Notes: generated by a model from the letters alone, not told the origin. A stretch of 19,773 nt of DNA from Candidatus Hodarchaeota archaeon (GCA_016839815.1 JAEOTM010000109.1:1-19773), one strand, 5' to 3'. Positions 9,301-16,361 are shown, counted from the first letter of the stretch. Translations and numbers: made by a program.

Positions 9301-10027
9301 AATAACCGCATTCGATGTGTTCAATAATAAAGGTGGTACAATATCATTGATGTCACTAGAAATTATCCCCAGTGATTTTGAAGCGCCCGAGTTTAATTGG
9401 TTTGTTGTAGACTTGTGGATAGAAAATACGTTTAATCGATCTCTTGCAACTCCTTTTGAATTGACTTATAACATGACTGATGATGATTTTCTCCGAATTA
9501 ACACTAGTGCGGTTGATCACTACTGGATAGGAGAGCAAATTGGCACTAATGTTACTGATCATTACTGGAGTATCTTAGATGAAAATGGTACTCAAGATAT
9601 CGATCGGATCCAGACATTCCTTGATATTCGAAATTTATACGGTTTAACTACTGCTTTTGTCAGTAGCCTTCAAATAAATCTTAGTATTGATGGAGGGAAG
9701 AGCTTCTCTTTACGGGATTTGAAGGTTGATCGTTATGGTGCAAGTTATTATGAAAAATCAGGAAGATTGTTTGATCCAAGTGCACAGCTCGGACCTTTCT
9801 TCCCTAATACCGAAGTCCATCTGAATATTGTCGCTACCGACGTATTCGGTAACTCTATAGCAAGTGATTCAATCATAATCGAAGTTGATTACAAGATTCC
9901 ACCAACACCACCAGATTATCGTTCTTCACTAGCAGATTTAGCATTATTATGGGTAGTACCTCTAATTCTTGTAGTATCTATTGTTATTGCATTGAAACCA
10001 GATCTAATAATTAGACGAAAGAGATAA
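6392..10027 (+). CDS. Large membrane-anchored surface glycoprotein with ~3 divergent DOMON-like modules and 2 Ig-like modules
   Basis: Start moved from TTG 6365 to ATG 6392: GGAGG at 6379-6383, 1 nt after the upstream stop, and a clean signal peptide MKRKQLVLSVVLLSLVLPFTISKA. Repeated motifs VFAFDTGD / IFITVDTLPGG / IAILLDLEEGG and MIHSWLEVDFG / MLHSFIEYDFG. Ig-like ends TAFDVFNN and ATDVFGN. Pro linker, TM and RRKR tail. Many N-x-S/T sequons. Confidence 0.75.
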   Translation: MKRKQLVLSVVLLSLVLPFTISKALFYNVNIDPASSFEELPQVNAPSVNEVKLETKIQVPELPFKFNTEGPILRYEDPAHDSITVLGRAQPEDADFDFLDMEFGMNNTHLFINTTMRGDPGRFWSKGYHSDLGGVDLVFAFDTGDANDKYPNNSFFTYKRQKFSAARVFMDPKFTWNYSWQIYDPIGDEKGYTWDNELLFMNSSGLINGVEDTGLLDTVLGLFGNDASAYDPRAGKNTTTITYYSDETRTVYTALPWHYLGISESQDLSDYAFNVTAFTCNDFMTADAGGEADDIHSAIFDVIGDDGTVELMGNTSMIHSWLEVDFGADEITEHVNYEYQHPITGESREFVPTREKVYLDIPWDIPKGPDEPWTNYHKTWAANDYTTNLRMFSIQHNLTKDSTTFRVYVTNDTIENYIRNGATEYDNINYTSNPYDRARETIDWSKVSIFITVDTLPGGQILLPTREDAAVNKLGAWEMVFEISSANDLTNKFWQYNSTTDEVTNQTFQDLSIDSNQDNFDFDLFGRQLLLTRYLNITLPTDLIRPPSGDLVRFGIFTITKQNITGTIAGEEVDLPDVVDVSSGAWAWKAQEPRIQEVGSDPGYDEVIPAGAQGFNKSTRMLHSFIEYDFGTNNLDVGVAPISNIISASAEAENDTKTLNGLPEDQKAVDISGVTVGYRFDRHDVAWGAEDPGLEREFSALVFAVQMNQFINTTSTSIAILLDLEEGGDTQHFIHSDINLSLDMSGFNWDYAIYSTDLNYPGATQVITNWDGNRVFSSLDTVTVLDEDIITDVKVAGSVAYFEIENSLFLHSISPDRSISGEMVVISFPNPDTTNISLLPSPTYFDIVGNLTGNQITSGIPVDLSVPGPVIFTEDVNVASYGIVSPTLTVLDNKTFSIRANITDPDGLSGGVLTRPTVNYYTTNGEVGSEIMKKVSGTNDTYEARFPAWIQAYNSTWLTPGWTGATFFYTITAFDVFNNKGGTISLMSLEIIPSDFEAPEFNWFVVDLWIENTFNRSLATPFELTYNMTDDDFLRINTSAVDHYWIGEQIGTNVTDHYWSILDENGTQDIDRIQTFLDIRNLYGLTTAFVSSLQINLSIDGGKSFSLRDLKVDRYGASYYEKSGRLFDPSAQLGPFFPNTEVHLNIVATDVFGNSIASDSIIIEVDYKIPPTPPDYRSSLADLALLWVVPLILVVSIVIALKPDLIIRRKR

Positions 10028-10055
10028 TCTACTCATTGTAACGTACTTAGAGGTT

Positions 10056-10100
10056 CTTTTTTATTTAAGATCTGACGACATGGGTGAGTACACCCAGATC
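10056..10100 (+). terminator. Possible terminator/processing signal: T-run followed by GC-rich hairpin
   Basis: T6 at 10057-10062 after the 10027 stop, then TGGGTG-AGTA-CACCCA (10081-10096), extendable by GATC 10069-10072 pairing with 10097-10100. Confidence 0.4.
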
Positions 10101-10173
10101 GGAATTTACTTCGTATGTACCAATATGTAATCTCAATAGATAGTTTTTCTCTTTCAATATTCATGAGAATCGG

Positions 10174-10192
10174 AAGGAAAATCATTATATAA
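10174..10192 (+). promoter_or_regulatory. Candidate archaeal BRE/TATA promoter for the 1340-aa surface protein gene
   Basis: Purine-rich AAGGAAAA followed by TTATATAA at 10185-10192, about 145 nt upstream of the probable ATG. Confidence 0.5.
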
Positions 10193-10337
10193 CTTGCGTA
10201 GATTGGAATTTAATTTCCCTCTTAATATTGCATAAGAGTGAAACAATAGTAAATTTTCAAATTTGGCAAAATCTAGTGCTAGAATTAACTCACGTTAAGT
10301 CTAAGTAGAGACAAACCAATTTGGAGTGAAAATTAAT

Positions 10338-13300
10338 ATGAAAATTAAAAGAAAAGTAGCTCCACTATTGCTCATTACAATATTTATGATATCTGCCTGG
10401 GCAATTCTCCCTCTTTTAAATCCAGGAACCATGAGCGTTCTTTCAGTAGATAAGCTCAGTTCCGCAGATCTGGCAGTAACAAATCCAACAAAATATGTAG
10501 ACGGGCAACTGTGGGATTATACAACTGACGAAATAGTACTTTTCGACTCACTAGCTGATGGTGATGCATTCGTCGATATCCAGACTGTGTATGTCACAAA
10601 ATCGAGAACCTACTTGTATTTTGCATTTGAAGGTCTATTCAATTATACCGCAACAGATGCAGCTATGGGAATGTTCATCGATCTTGATCAAACCGCAGAT
10701 TCTGGATGGAATGGTACATCTGATTCTTGGGGTCGAAGTACAAGCGTTGGTAACAATATGTACTTCCCAGAAATTAACTTCTATGTCTGGGATTGGCAAC
10801 CTGGAAACTTTGGTTTCGCCAGATACGACGGTGCTGGTGGCTGGGAAGGCCATGATGATTGGGATGCAGTAGTAATGACTGCACGCAATAATTATACTTG
10901 GGAAATGGCTATACCTTTCACAGCTTTTGAATCTGTAGGTTTTACTGAACCTAGTACAATTGCCTTCTCTCTTTGGGTTGCAGATAACTCTGCTTTCGAG
11001 ATTGCTCCCGATGATCCTTCAGTTACACCCAATGATCGTGTTAATGAAGGTGATGGCGCGGATATTGACGTAATTACAAATTTCGCTGTCGTTGAATTAG
11101 ATACTGCCTCTGATCCCTTCACAGTTGACGGAGATCTAAGTGATTGGACATCCGCCGATTTAATTATAGATGATACTGATGATGATTCAGCACCTTCAGT
11201 CAATGAAACAGGTGAAATAAAAGAAGTCTATGCAAAGGCAACTATGGCCGGTATATATTTCGGTATAAACGGTGATTTCAATTCCACAGCCGGAGATGGT
11301 GCATTTGGTGCTTTCTTTGATGTAGATCAAGTTCCAGACTCTGGTTATAATGGTACATCTGATTCGTGGGGCCGAGGCATGGGAATCGCTAATAGCATGT
11401 ATTTCCCAGAATATAACTTCTATGCTTGGGACTTCCAAGAAAATAACTTCGGATTTGCTCGATGGAATGGTGCCAGCTGGGGTAATCATGATGATTGGGA
11501 TCCTTATCTAAAAACCGCTCATACGAACACCTCTTGGGAAATGTTTATTCCTTATGCAGCTTTCGAAGACTTTGATTTAGACGTCTGGTCTAAAATTGCT
11601 TTTTCGTTTTGGTTTGCAGGGAATGTACCTGGGCAATTTGATCCACGATCAGCAACAGATATTGCACCCAATGATCCAGCTGTCGCAGCAAATGATGATT
11701 TAGAAGGTAATGATACTGATCTTATCTCAAACTTTGCTGTTCTCGATCTTGAAACTACTGCTATCACTGTTTCGATGACAGCTGACGGAGATGATGCCGA
11801 TTGGCCTATCAACGCCGATATGTATGTCGATGCTGATGATCCAACAAATGCATTTGGTGATTTCCACAACATGACTATTTCTGCAGCTGAAGAAGGTATT
11901 GCTATCCTCCTCAAAGGAGATTTCGATGGTGGTGCGTTCGATGGCGGTTGGCATCTTGCTTTTGATGTCGATCAGTTCATGAGCTCAGGTAAAAATCAAT
12001 CAGAATCCTGGATTGGTGGTTTGACTGTTGGTTCTGGTAATCCAAATCACTATGCAGATTTCTGGATAAATATGTGGGACCTGGATACTACAAACAGAAA
12101 ATTCTACACCTGGAATGGAACTCATTCTATTGAAAATGGTGATCTTGGTGCATGGGATTTAGCTAAATCAGCTGACGAAGATACCATAGAAATTATCATT
12201 CCCTTCGCTCTGTTAGGTCTTGATGGCCGTTATCCAACTCAATTCGCAGCCTATGCCGTTACAGGTAGTAATGGTGGGTATAATGATACCCTCCCGATGC
12301 CAGTTCATGGTAATTTTACTGATGCATACCTAGATTGGTTTAATGTCATTATCCCCTCAGTCATGGGATTACGTAATCAGTTCCCTGAATTCGTAGCAGG
12401 ATCACAGATGCAAACTCCTACCCCTGATGTCACTGCTGATGATAAGGTCAATCTGAAAATTAATGCTACTGATGCTGACGGTAGTATTGCAGGAGTAAAA
12501 GTCTACTATGACGTTGATGGAACTCCATTAGAAGCTGATTTTAACGCTCTTACAGGTGACCAATGGAATGTTACTATCGGTCCGTTTGTAGCAGGTTCCT
12601 TTGTACAATACTACATTGAAGCTGCTGACGACAAAGGAGCTACTGTTGAAACTGGTACCACATCTATGTTCATACTTCCCTCAGGAGCATATGTACCTTC
12701 TCGAACAATAGACGGAGATATTGCTGATTGGACAGGCTTAGCACCCCTCCCTGGTAACTATTGGGTAACCAGTGATGGTGTATTTATCTTCCATGATCCA
12801 ATGTACGATGATACTGGTGCTGATCTTGATGGAGATGGATTAGGTGATTATATCTATAATGATCCCGATGATCAAGTCGCTACCGATGGTACTGCTGATG
12901 TTCTTCAAATTAGGATTCTTGAAGATGCCGCTAATGTATTCTTCTTGATCACTGTTCGTGATTTAACATTAGCTTCCCGTGTAGTTTTCCAGATTTCGAA
13001 TGATATCAATTCTACTGTTGACGAATGGGGTGTAGGCGGCAATGAAATTCGCTTACCTTCATGGACAAGTGGAAATGGCTTTGCGGTCTCTTTAGCTCAC
13101 GAAGATCAAACCTTTGTGGTTGCTGGTGAAGTTAATACCCTCTTCTGGGCTGGTGGTGGTGAAGCTACAACTGATGCAATTCCAGTAAAGATGATTGCTG
13201 GTCTTGGTTGGGAAGTAGCCGTACCAAAAGCTACTATGCTTAAATGGGGTGTAGATTTCCGTGATCCAATGTACATGATGGGATCTGCCTTCCGTAGCGA

Positions 13301-14348
13301 TAATCCTCAGGAATTCTCGGCACACGAGGTGAATGATGGTGATGACGGATCTGGTGGTTCAATCCTTGGTGCTCAATGGGCTGATCCAGATACCTACGAT
13401 CTCTTCTGGCTTGATGAAGCTGCGCAAGTAGCTGAACTCAACTACAATGGTGGTGCCTGGAAAACTTTATCGTCTGATGCGAATGCAGTTCATTTCTGGA
13501 ACACCTCTTCAGCTTGGATGCGACTAGAACTCGCTGATTTCACTCCTCCAGGAGTTGAAGCCGATGCTCCAGTAGCCTACAATTTCATGGCAACTCCAGC
13601 TCAACCAGATGATCTTGATACTATTGATGTAAGTGTTTCTATTGGTGATGCGACAGGTATAGACTTTGTTACCCTTAACTGGGGTGACGGCGCGGTCAAT
13701 ATGACATATGTTGGTTTTGGCGTCTATACAGCTACTATTGGACCTTTTGCCTATGATTACAATCTTGATCTTCAAGTTCGAGGTGTGGATACATTTGGCA
13801 ATATGGGATCCTGGCTAAATTATCCGACTATCGTTATAGCCAGTAGTGATGTTATTGCTCCATTATTCGGCCTTCTAGGTCCTACCTTTACTCCTGATGC
13901 CCCTGAAGTGGGTGATACAGTAACTGTCTCTATTGATGTTACAGATGCAGGAGTAGGTGTGGCTATGGTGTCAATGTACTGGTCTATTGATGGATCAACA
14001 TTTTTCACAGAATCAATGACTGCTGGTGCAGGTGACTCTTGGACGGCTGACTTACCTTCTGATGCAACAAGCGCTGCGGGTATAGTGTATGTATACTTCT
14101 ATGCCGAGGATGCTGTTGGAAATAGCAGGTATGATGCAGATAGTTCACCATACGAAATAGTTGTGACTGCTCCAGTGGAAACTACTACAACCTCAACCAC
14201 TGAAGTTACTACTACCGATGAGGAATCTACTACTGATGAGGAAACCACTACTACCGAGGATGATGGTGGAACCCCAGGGTTTGGATTCTTGTCAGTAATC
14301 GTTCTTGTCGGTGCAGCTGTCGTAGTATCCCGTAGAAGAAGAAGATAA
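10338..14348 (+). CDS. PGF-CTERM-anchored multi-module surface glycoprotein: 3 tandem DOMON-like repeats, Ig-like, glucodextranase-type DOMON-like, 2 Ig-like, Thr/Glu-rich linker
   Basis: Probable start ATG 10338 (GGAGTG at 10323-10328; the ORF track starts at GTG 10326). Basic plus hydrophobic signal peptide. Four xDG(D/Q)xx(D)W-type module starts at ~10500, 11127, 11784 and 12711. Ig-like modules ending AADDKG, VDTFGN and EDAVGN. Ends TTTTSTTEVTTTDEE...GTPGFGFLSVIVLVGAAVVVSRRRRR. Confidence 0.85.
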   Translation: MKIKRKVAPLLLITIFMISAWAILPLLNPGTMSVLSVDKLSSADLAVTNPTKYVDGQLWDYTTDEIVLFDSLADGDAFVDIQTVYVTKSRTYLYFAFEGLFNYTATDAAMGMFIDLDQTADSGWNGTSDSWGRSTSVGNNMYFPEINFYVWDWQPGNFGFARYDGAGGWEGHDDWDAVVMTARNNYTWEMAIPFTAFESVGFTEPSTIAFSLWVADNSAFEIAPDDPSVTPNDRVNEGDGADIDVITNFAVVELDTASDPFTVDGDLSDWTSADLIIDDTDDDSAPSVNETGEIKEVYAKATMAGIYFGINGDFNSTAGDGAFGAFFDVDQVPDSGYNGTSDSWGRGMGIANSMYFPEYNFYAWDFQENNFGFARWNGASWGNHDDWDPYLKTAHTNTSWEMFIPYAAFEDFDLDVWSKIAFSFWFAGNVPGQFDPRSATDIAPNDPAVAANDDLEGNDTDLISNFAVLDLETTAITVSMTADGDDADWPINADMYVDADDPTNAFGDFHNMTISAAEEGIAILLKGDFDGGAFDGGWHLAFDVDQFMSSGKNQSESWIGGLTVGSGNPNHYADFWINMWDLDTTNRKFYTWNGTHSIENGDLGAWDLAKSADEDTIEIIIPFALLGLDGRYPTQFAAYAVTGSNGGYNDTLPMPVHGNFTDAYLDWFNVIIPSVMGLRNQFPEFVAGSQMQTPTPDVTADDKVNLKINATDADGSIAGVKVYYDVDGTPLEADFNALTGDQWNVTIGPFVAGSFVQYYIEAADDKGATVETGTTSMFILPSGAYVPSRTIDGDIADWTGLAPLPGNYWVTSDGVFIFHDPMYDDTGADLDGDGLGDYIYNDPDDQVATDGTADVLQIRILEDAANVFFLITVRDLTLASRVVFQISNDINSTVDEWGVGGNEIRLPSWTSGNGFAVSLAHEDQTFVVAGEVNTLFWAGGGEATTDAIPVKMIAGLGWEVAVPKATMLKWGVDFRDPMYMMGSAFRSDNPQEFSAHEVNDGDDGSGGSILGAQWADPDTYDLFWLDEAAQVAELNYNGGAWKTLSSDANAVHFWNTSSAWMRLELADFTPPGVEADAPVAYNFMATPAQPDDLDTIDVSVSIGDATGIDFVTLNWGDGAVNMTYVGFGVYTATIGPFAYDYNLDLQVRGVDTFGNMGSWLNYPTIVIASSDVIAPLFGLLGPTFTPDAPEVGDTVTVSIDVTDAGVGVAMVSMYWSIDGSTFFTESMTAGAGDSWTADLPSDATSAAGIVYVYFYAEDAVGNSRYDADSSPYEIVVTAPVETTTTSTTEVTTTDEESTTDEETTTTEDDGGTPGFGFLSVIVLVGAAVVVSRRRRR
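10497..11760 (+). repeat. Intragenic tandem duplication (~630-640 bp unit) encoding repeats 1 and 2 of the surface protein
   Basis: Identical AATGGTACATCTGATTC at 10710-10726 and 11349-11365, and CATGATGATTGGGAT at 10851-10865 and 11487-11501. Protein SGWNGTSDSWGR..MYFPEINFYVWD..NFGFARY..HDDWD versus SGYNGTSDSWGR..MYFPEYNFYAWD..NFGFARW..HDDWD. Confidence 0.9.
14178..14263 (+). repeat. Low-complexity Thr/Glu/Asp linker with short tandem 18-bp units
   Basis: ACTACTACCGATGAGGAA / TCTACTACTGATGAGGAA followed by ACCACTACTACCGAGGAT, encoding TTTDEE STTDEE TTTTED. Typical spacer before a PGF-CTERM. Confidence 0.8.
14274..14348 (+). other. PGF-CTERM archaeosortase sorting signal
   Basis: PGF, then TM (GFLSVIVLVGAAVVVS), then RRRRR and stop: the tripartite motif processed by archaeosortase A-type enzymes. 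Confidence 0.9.
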
Positions 14349-14376
14349 TTCTTCTCCTCCCTTTTTTCTTTTTTTT
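14340..14376 (+). terminator. Oligo-T terminator with short hairpin
   Basis: AGAAGA-TAAT-TCTTCT (14340-14355) spans the stop codon and is followed by CCTCCCTTTTTTCTTTTTTTT. Confidence 0.7.
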
Positions 14377-14483
14377 ACCAATCCCTGAATTTTTCCTACC
14401 TTTATTTTTCATGTCGTAATCCTTGAAAATACAATCTCTTTTCAGGTTAAATTGCCCTAATAACTTAAATGAGGTACTAGTTA

Positions 14484-16361
14484 ATGGCACACATTGCATG
14501 GCAAGAAACAGTACATTCTGATGGTACAGATGAATATCTCTTTCCCTCTAATCCTCGCGTTGGTGATGAGGTTACCTTTAAAATCAGAGTTTATAATGTG
14601 AATCCCATTCGTGCCATTTATCTCTGCTTTGCACCTGAGGGGGAGGAATTAACACTCAAATTGGAAGAAAAAGAGACTGATAGCTTTTTTACTTATTATA
14701 AAATCTGTCATAAGATAAAAACAAAGAGTCTAAGTTACAGGTTTATGATCATAACCAGTGAGGTTCAATATTGGTATACTTCTGCTGGAATGTTTTCTTA
14801 TCTTCCTACAGACCAGACTAATTTTAAGCTGTTATTAGACTTTGATGATCCTGAATGGGTCAAGAAATCTGTTTTTTATCAAATCTTCCCTGATCGGTTT
14901 TTCGATGGAGATCCTGATAATAATGTTCAATCAGGTGAATATACCTATCGTGGGCGCACTTCTGTTGCACGTAAATGGGGAGAGCTTCCTCAAACCTCTA
15001 ATTCAACATACTCACATGTAGATTTCTACGGAGGGGATTTAGAAGGGATAATGCAGAAAATTCCATATCTTGTTTCATTAGGAATAAATGCTCTTTATCT
15101 TAATCCCATTTTTACCTCTCTTTCGAACCATAAGTATGATACGATCAATTATAAGGAGATTGATCCCCATTTTGGAGGAGAAAAGGCATTTCTTAAGTTA
15201 GTTAGAGCTTTACATAGTCAAGAGGTGAAAATCATCTTAGATGGGGTATTTAATCATACAGGTGATCAACATACTTGGTTTAAAGCTGCATATACCAATA
15301 AAGAAAGTAAATTCACCAATTTCTACACTTTCAATGAGCATCCCAATGATTATGTGGCATGGTTCGGACATAAATCATTACCTAAGTTGAATTATAGTAA
15401 CGCTGATTTGTGTAATGAGATTTATCGTGATGATAATTCTATTGCTCAGTATTGGCTGAAAGAGCCATATAATATCGACGGGTGGAGAATTGATGTTGCA
15501 AATATGCTAGCTAGACAAGATGATTATGAAATCTTTAAACAAATATGGGAGGAGTTTCGGAGGTCAGTTAAAAAAGTGAAAGCATCATGTTACTTGCTTG
15601 GGGAACATTTTTTTGATCCCACACCCCTTCTGAATGGTTCTCGGTTAGATGCTGTCATGAATTATCGTGGATTTTACCAGCCAGTACTCAAGTGGCTTCT
15701 ACAGAGTGAAGAAATTGGCGTAATCACGGGAAGTAGATTCCATCGTCAACAATTGCATACTTTTTTTTCTACTGAGATGATGAATCGCCAAATGAAAGAC
15801 TTCCGTTCAGTGTTACCATTCCAACTACAACTTCTACAATTTAATCTCCTCTCCAGTCATGATGTCCCTCGATTCAATACGTTAGCAGATAATGACAAAC
15901 GAATTATCCAAATGGGTTTAATCTTTCTTTTTACCTACATTGGTGTCCCTTCTATCTATTATGGTGATGAAATCGGGTTAGAAGGAGGACGTGATCCAGA
16001 TTGCAGAAGATGTATGATCTGGAATGAATCTAAATGGAATAAACCATTGTTAGAGTTCTATAAGACTTTAATCCGACTAAGAAAGAATTCAGTAGCTTTG
16101 GAAAAAGGATCATTTCGAACAATTTACCTGGAAGATGATGTAATTTGCTATATTCGACAATATCAAAATGAGGTTATAGCTACGGTAATTAATAATGGAG
16201 ATTCTCCAGTCAAAGTAGAGATTCCCTTTTGGAAGGTAGGAATGATGGACGAAAAAATGTATACCCTGCTCGAATCAACTAATCTGCAAATTGAGGACGG
16301 AGTTCTTACTATATTCCTTTCTAAGTATTCAGGGGAAATTATTAAAAACTACCAGAAATGA
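14484..16361 (+). CDS. malZ: Cytoplasmic GH13 alpha-glucan hydrolase, maltodextrin glucosidase (MalZ) / neopullulanase-cyclomaltodextrinase group
   Basis: N-terminal beta domain, YQIFPDRFFDGD, GGDLEGI, LYLNPIF, NHKYDT, region I LDGVFNH, WFGHKSLPKLNY, region II DGWRIDVAN (D337), region III GEHF (E374), region IV LLSSHD (D460), YYGDEIG, DPDCRRCMIW. No signal peptide. SD GAGGT at 14471-14475. GEHF is MalZ-like, but the symbol is tentative. Confidence 0.9.
   Translation: MAHIAWQETVHSDGTDEYLFPSNPRVGDEVTFKIRVYNVNPIRAIYLCFAPEGEELTLKLEEKETDSFFTYYKICHKIKTKSLSYRFMIITSEVQYWYTSAGMFSYLPTDQTNFKLLLDFDDPEWVKKSVFYQIFPDRFFDGDPDNNVQSGEYTYRGRTSVARKWGELPQTSNSTYSHVDFYGGDLEGIMQKIPYLVSLGINALYLNPIFTSLSNHKYDTINYKEIDPHFGGEKAFLKLVRALHSQEVKIILDGVFNHTGDQHTWFKAAYTNKESKFTNFYTFNEHPNDYVAWFGHKSLPKLNYSNADLCNEIYRDDNSIAQYWLKEPYNIDGWRIDVANMLARQDDYEIFKQIWEEFRRSVKKVKASCYLLGEHFFDPTPLLNGSRLDAVMNYRGFYQPVLKWLLQSEEIGVITGSRFHRQQLHTFFSTEMMNRQMKDFRSVLPFQLQLLQFNLLSSHDVPRFNTLADNDKRIIQMGLIFLFTYIGVPSIYYGDEIGLEGGRDPDCRRCMIWNESKWNKPLLEFYKTLIRLRKNSVALEKGSFRTIYLEDDVICYIRQYQNEVIATVINNGDSPVKVEIPFWKVGMMDEKMYTLLESTNLQIEDGVLTIFLSKYSGEIIKNYQK

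Noticed and set aside
10258-10323. Cloverleaf-like fold as a tRNA gene
   Set aside because: No T-loop GTTC motif, no D-loop GG, no 7-bp acceptor stem, and too AT-rich.
10700-11510. Direct repeats as a CRISPR array or mobile-element ends
   Set aside because: Two in-frame copies ~636-639 bp apart inside a CDS indicate domain duplication. No spacers, cas genes or transposase.
10338-14348. Amylopullulanase (GH57/GH13) or cellulosome-like scaffoldin call
   Set aside because: No GH57 or GH13 catalytic motifs were found, no cohesin was recognised, and the single DxDxDG loop is not a duplicated dockerin.
6813-14499. Short alternative-frame and antisense ORFs within or overlapping the two large surface genes (e.g. 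10558-10872, 10892-11203, 11552-11914, 14251-14499)
   Set aside because: Expected by-products of biased codon usage. The Lys-rich 14251-14499 ORF is just the reverse complement of the T-rich terminator.
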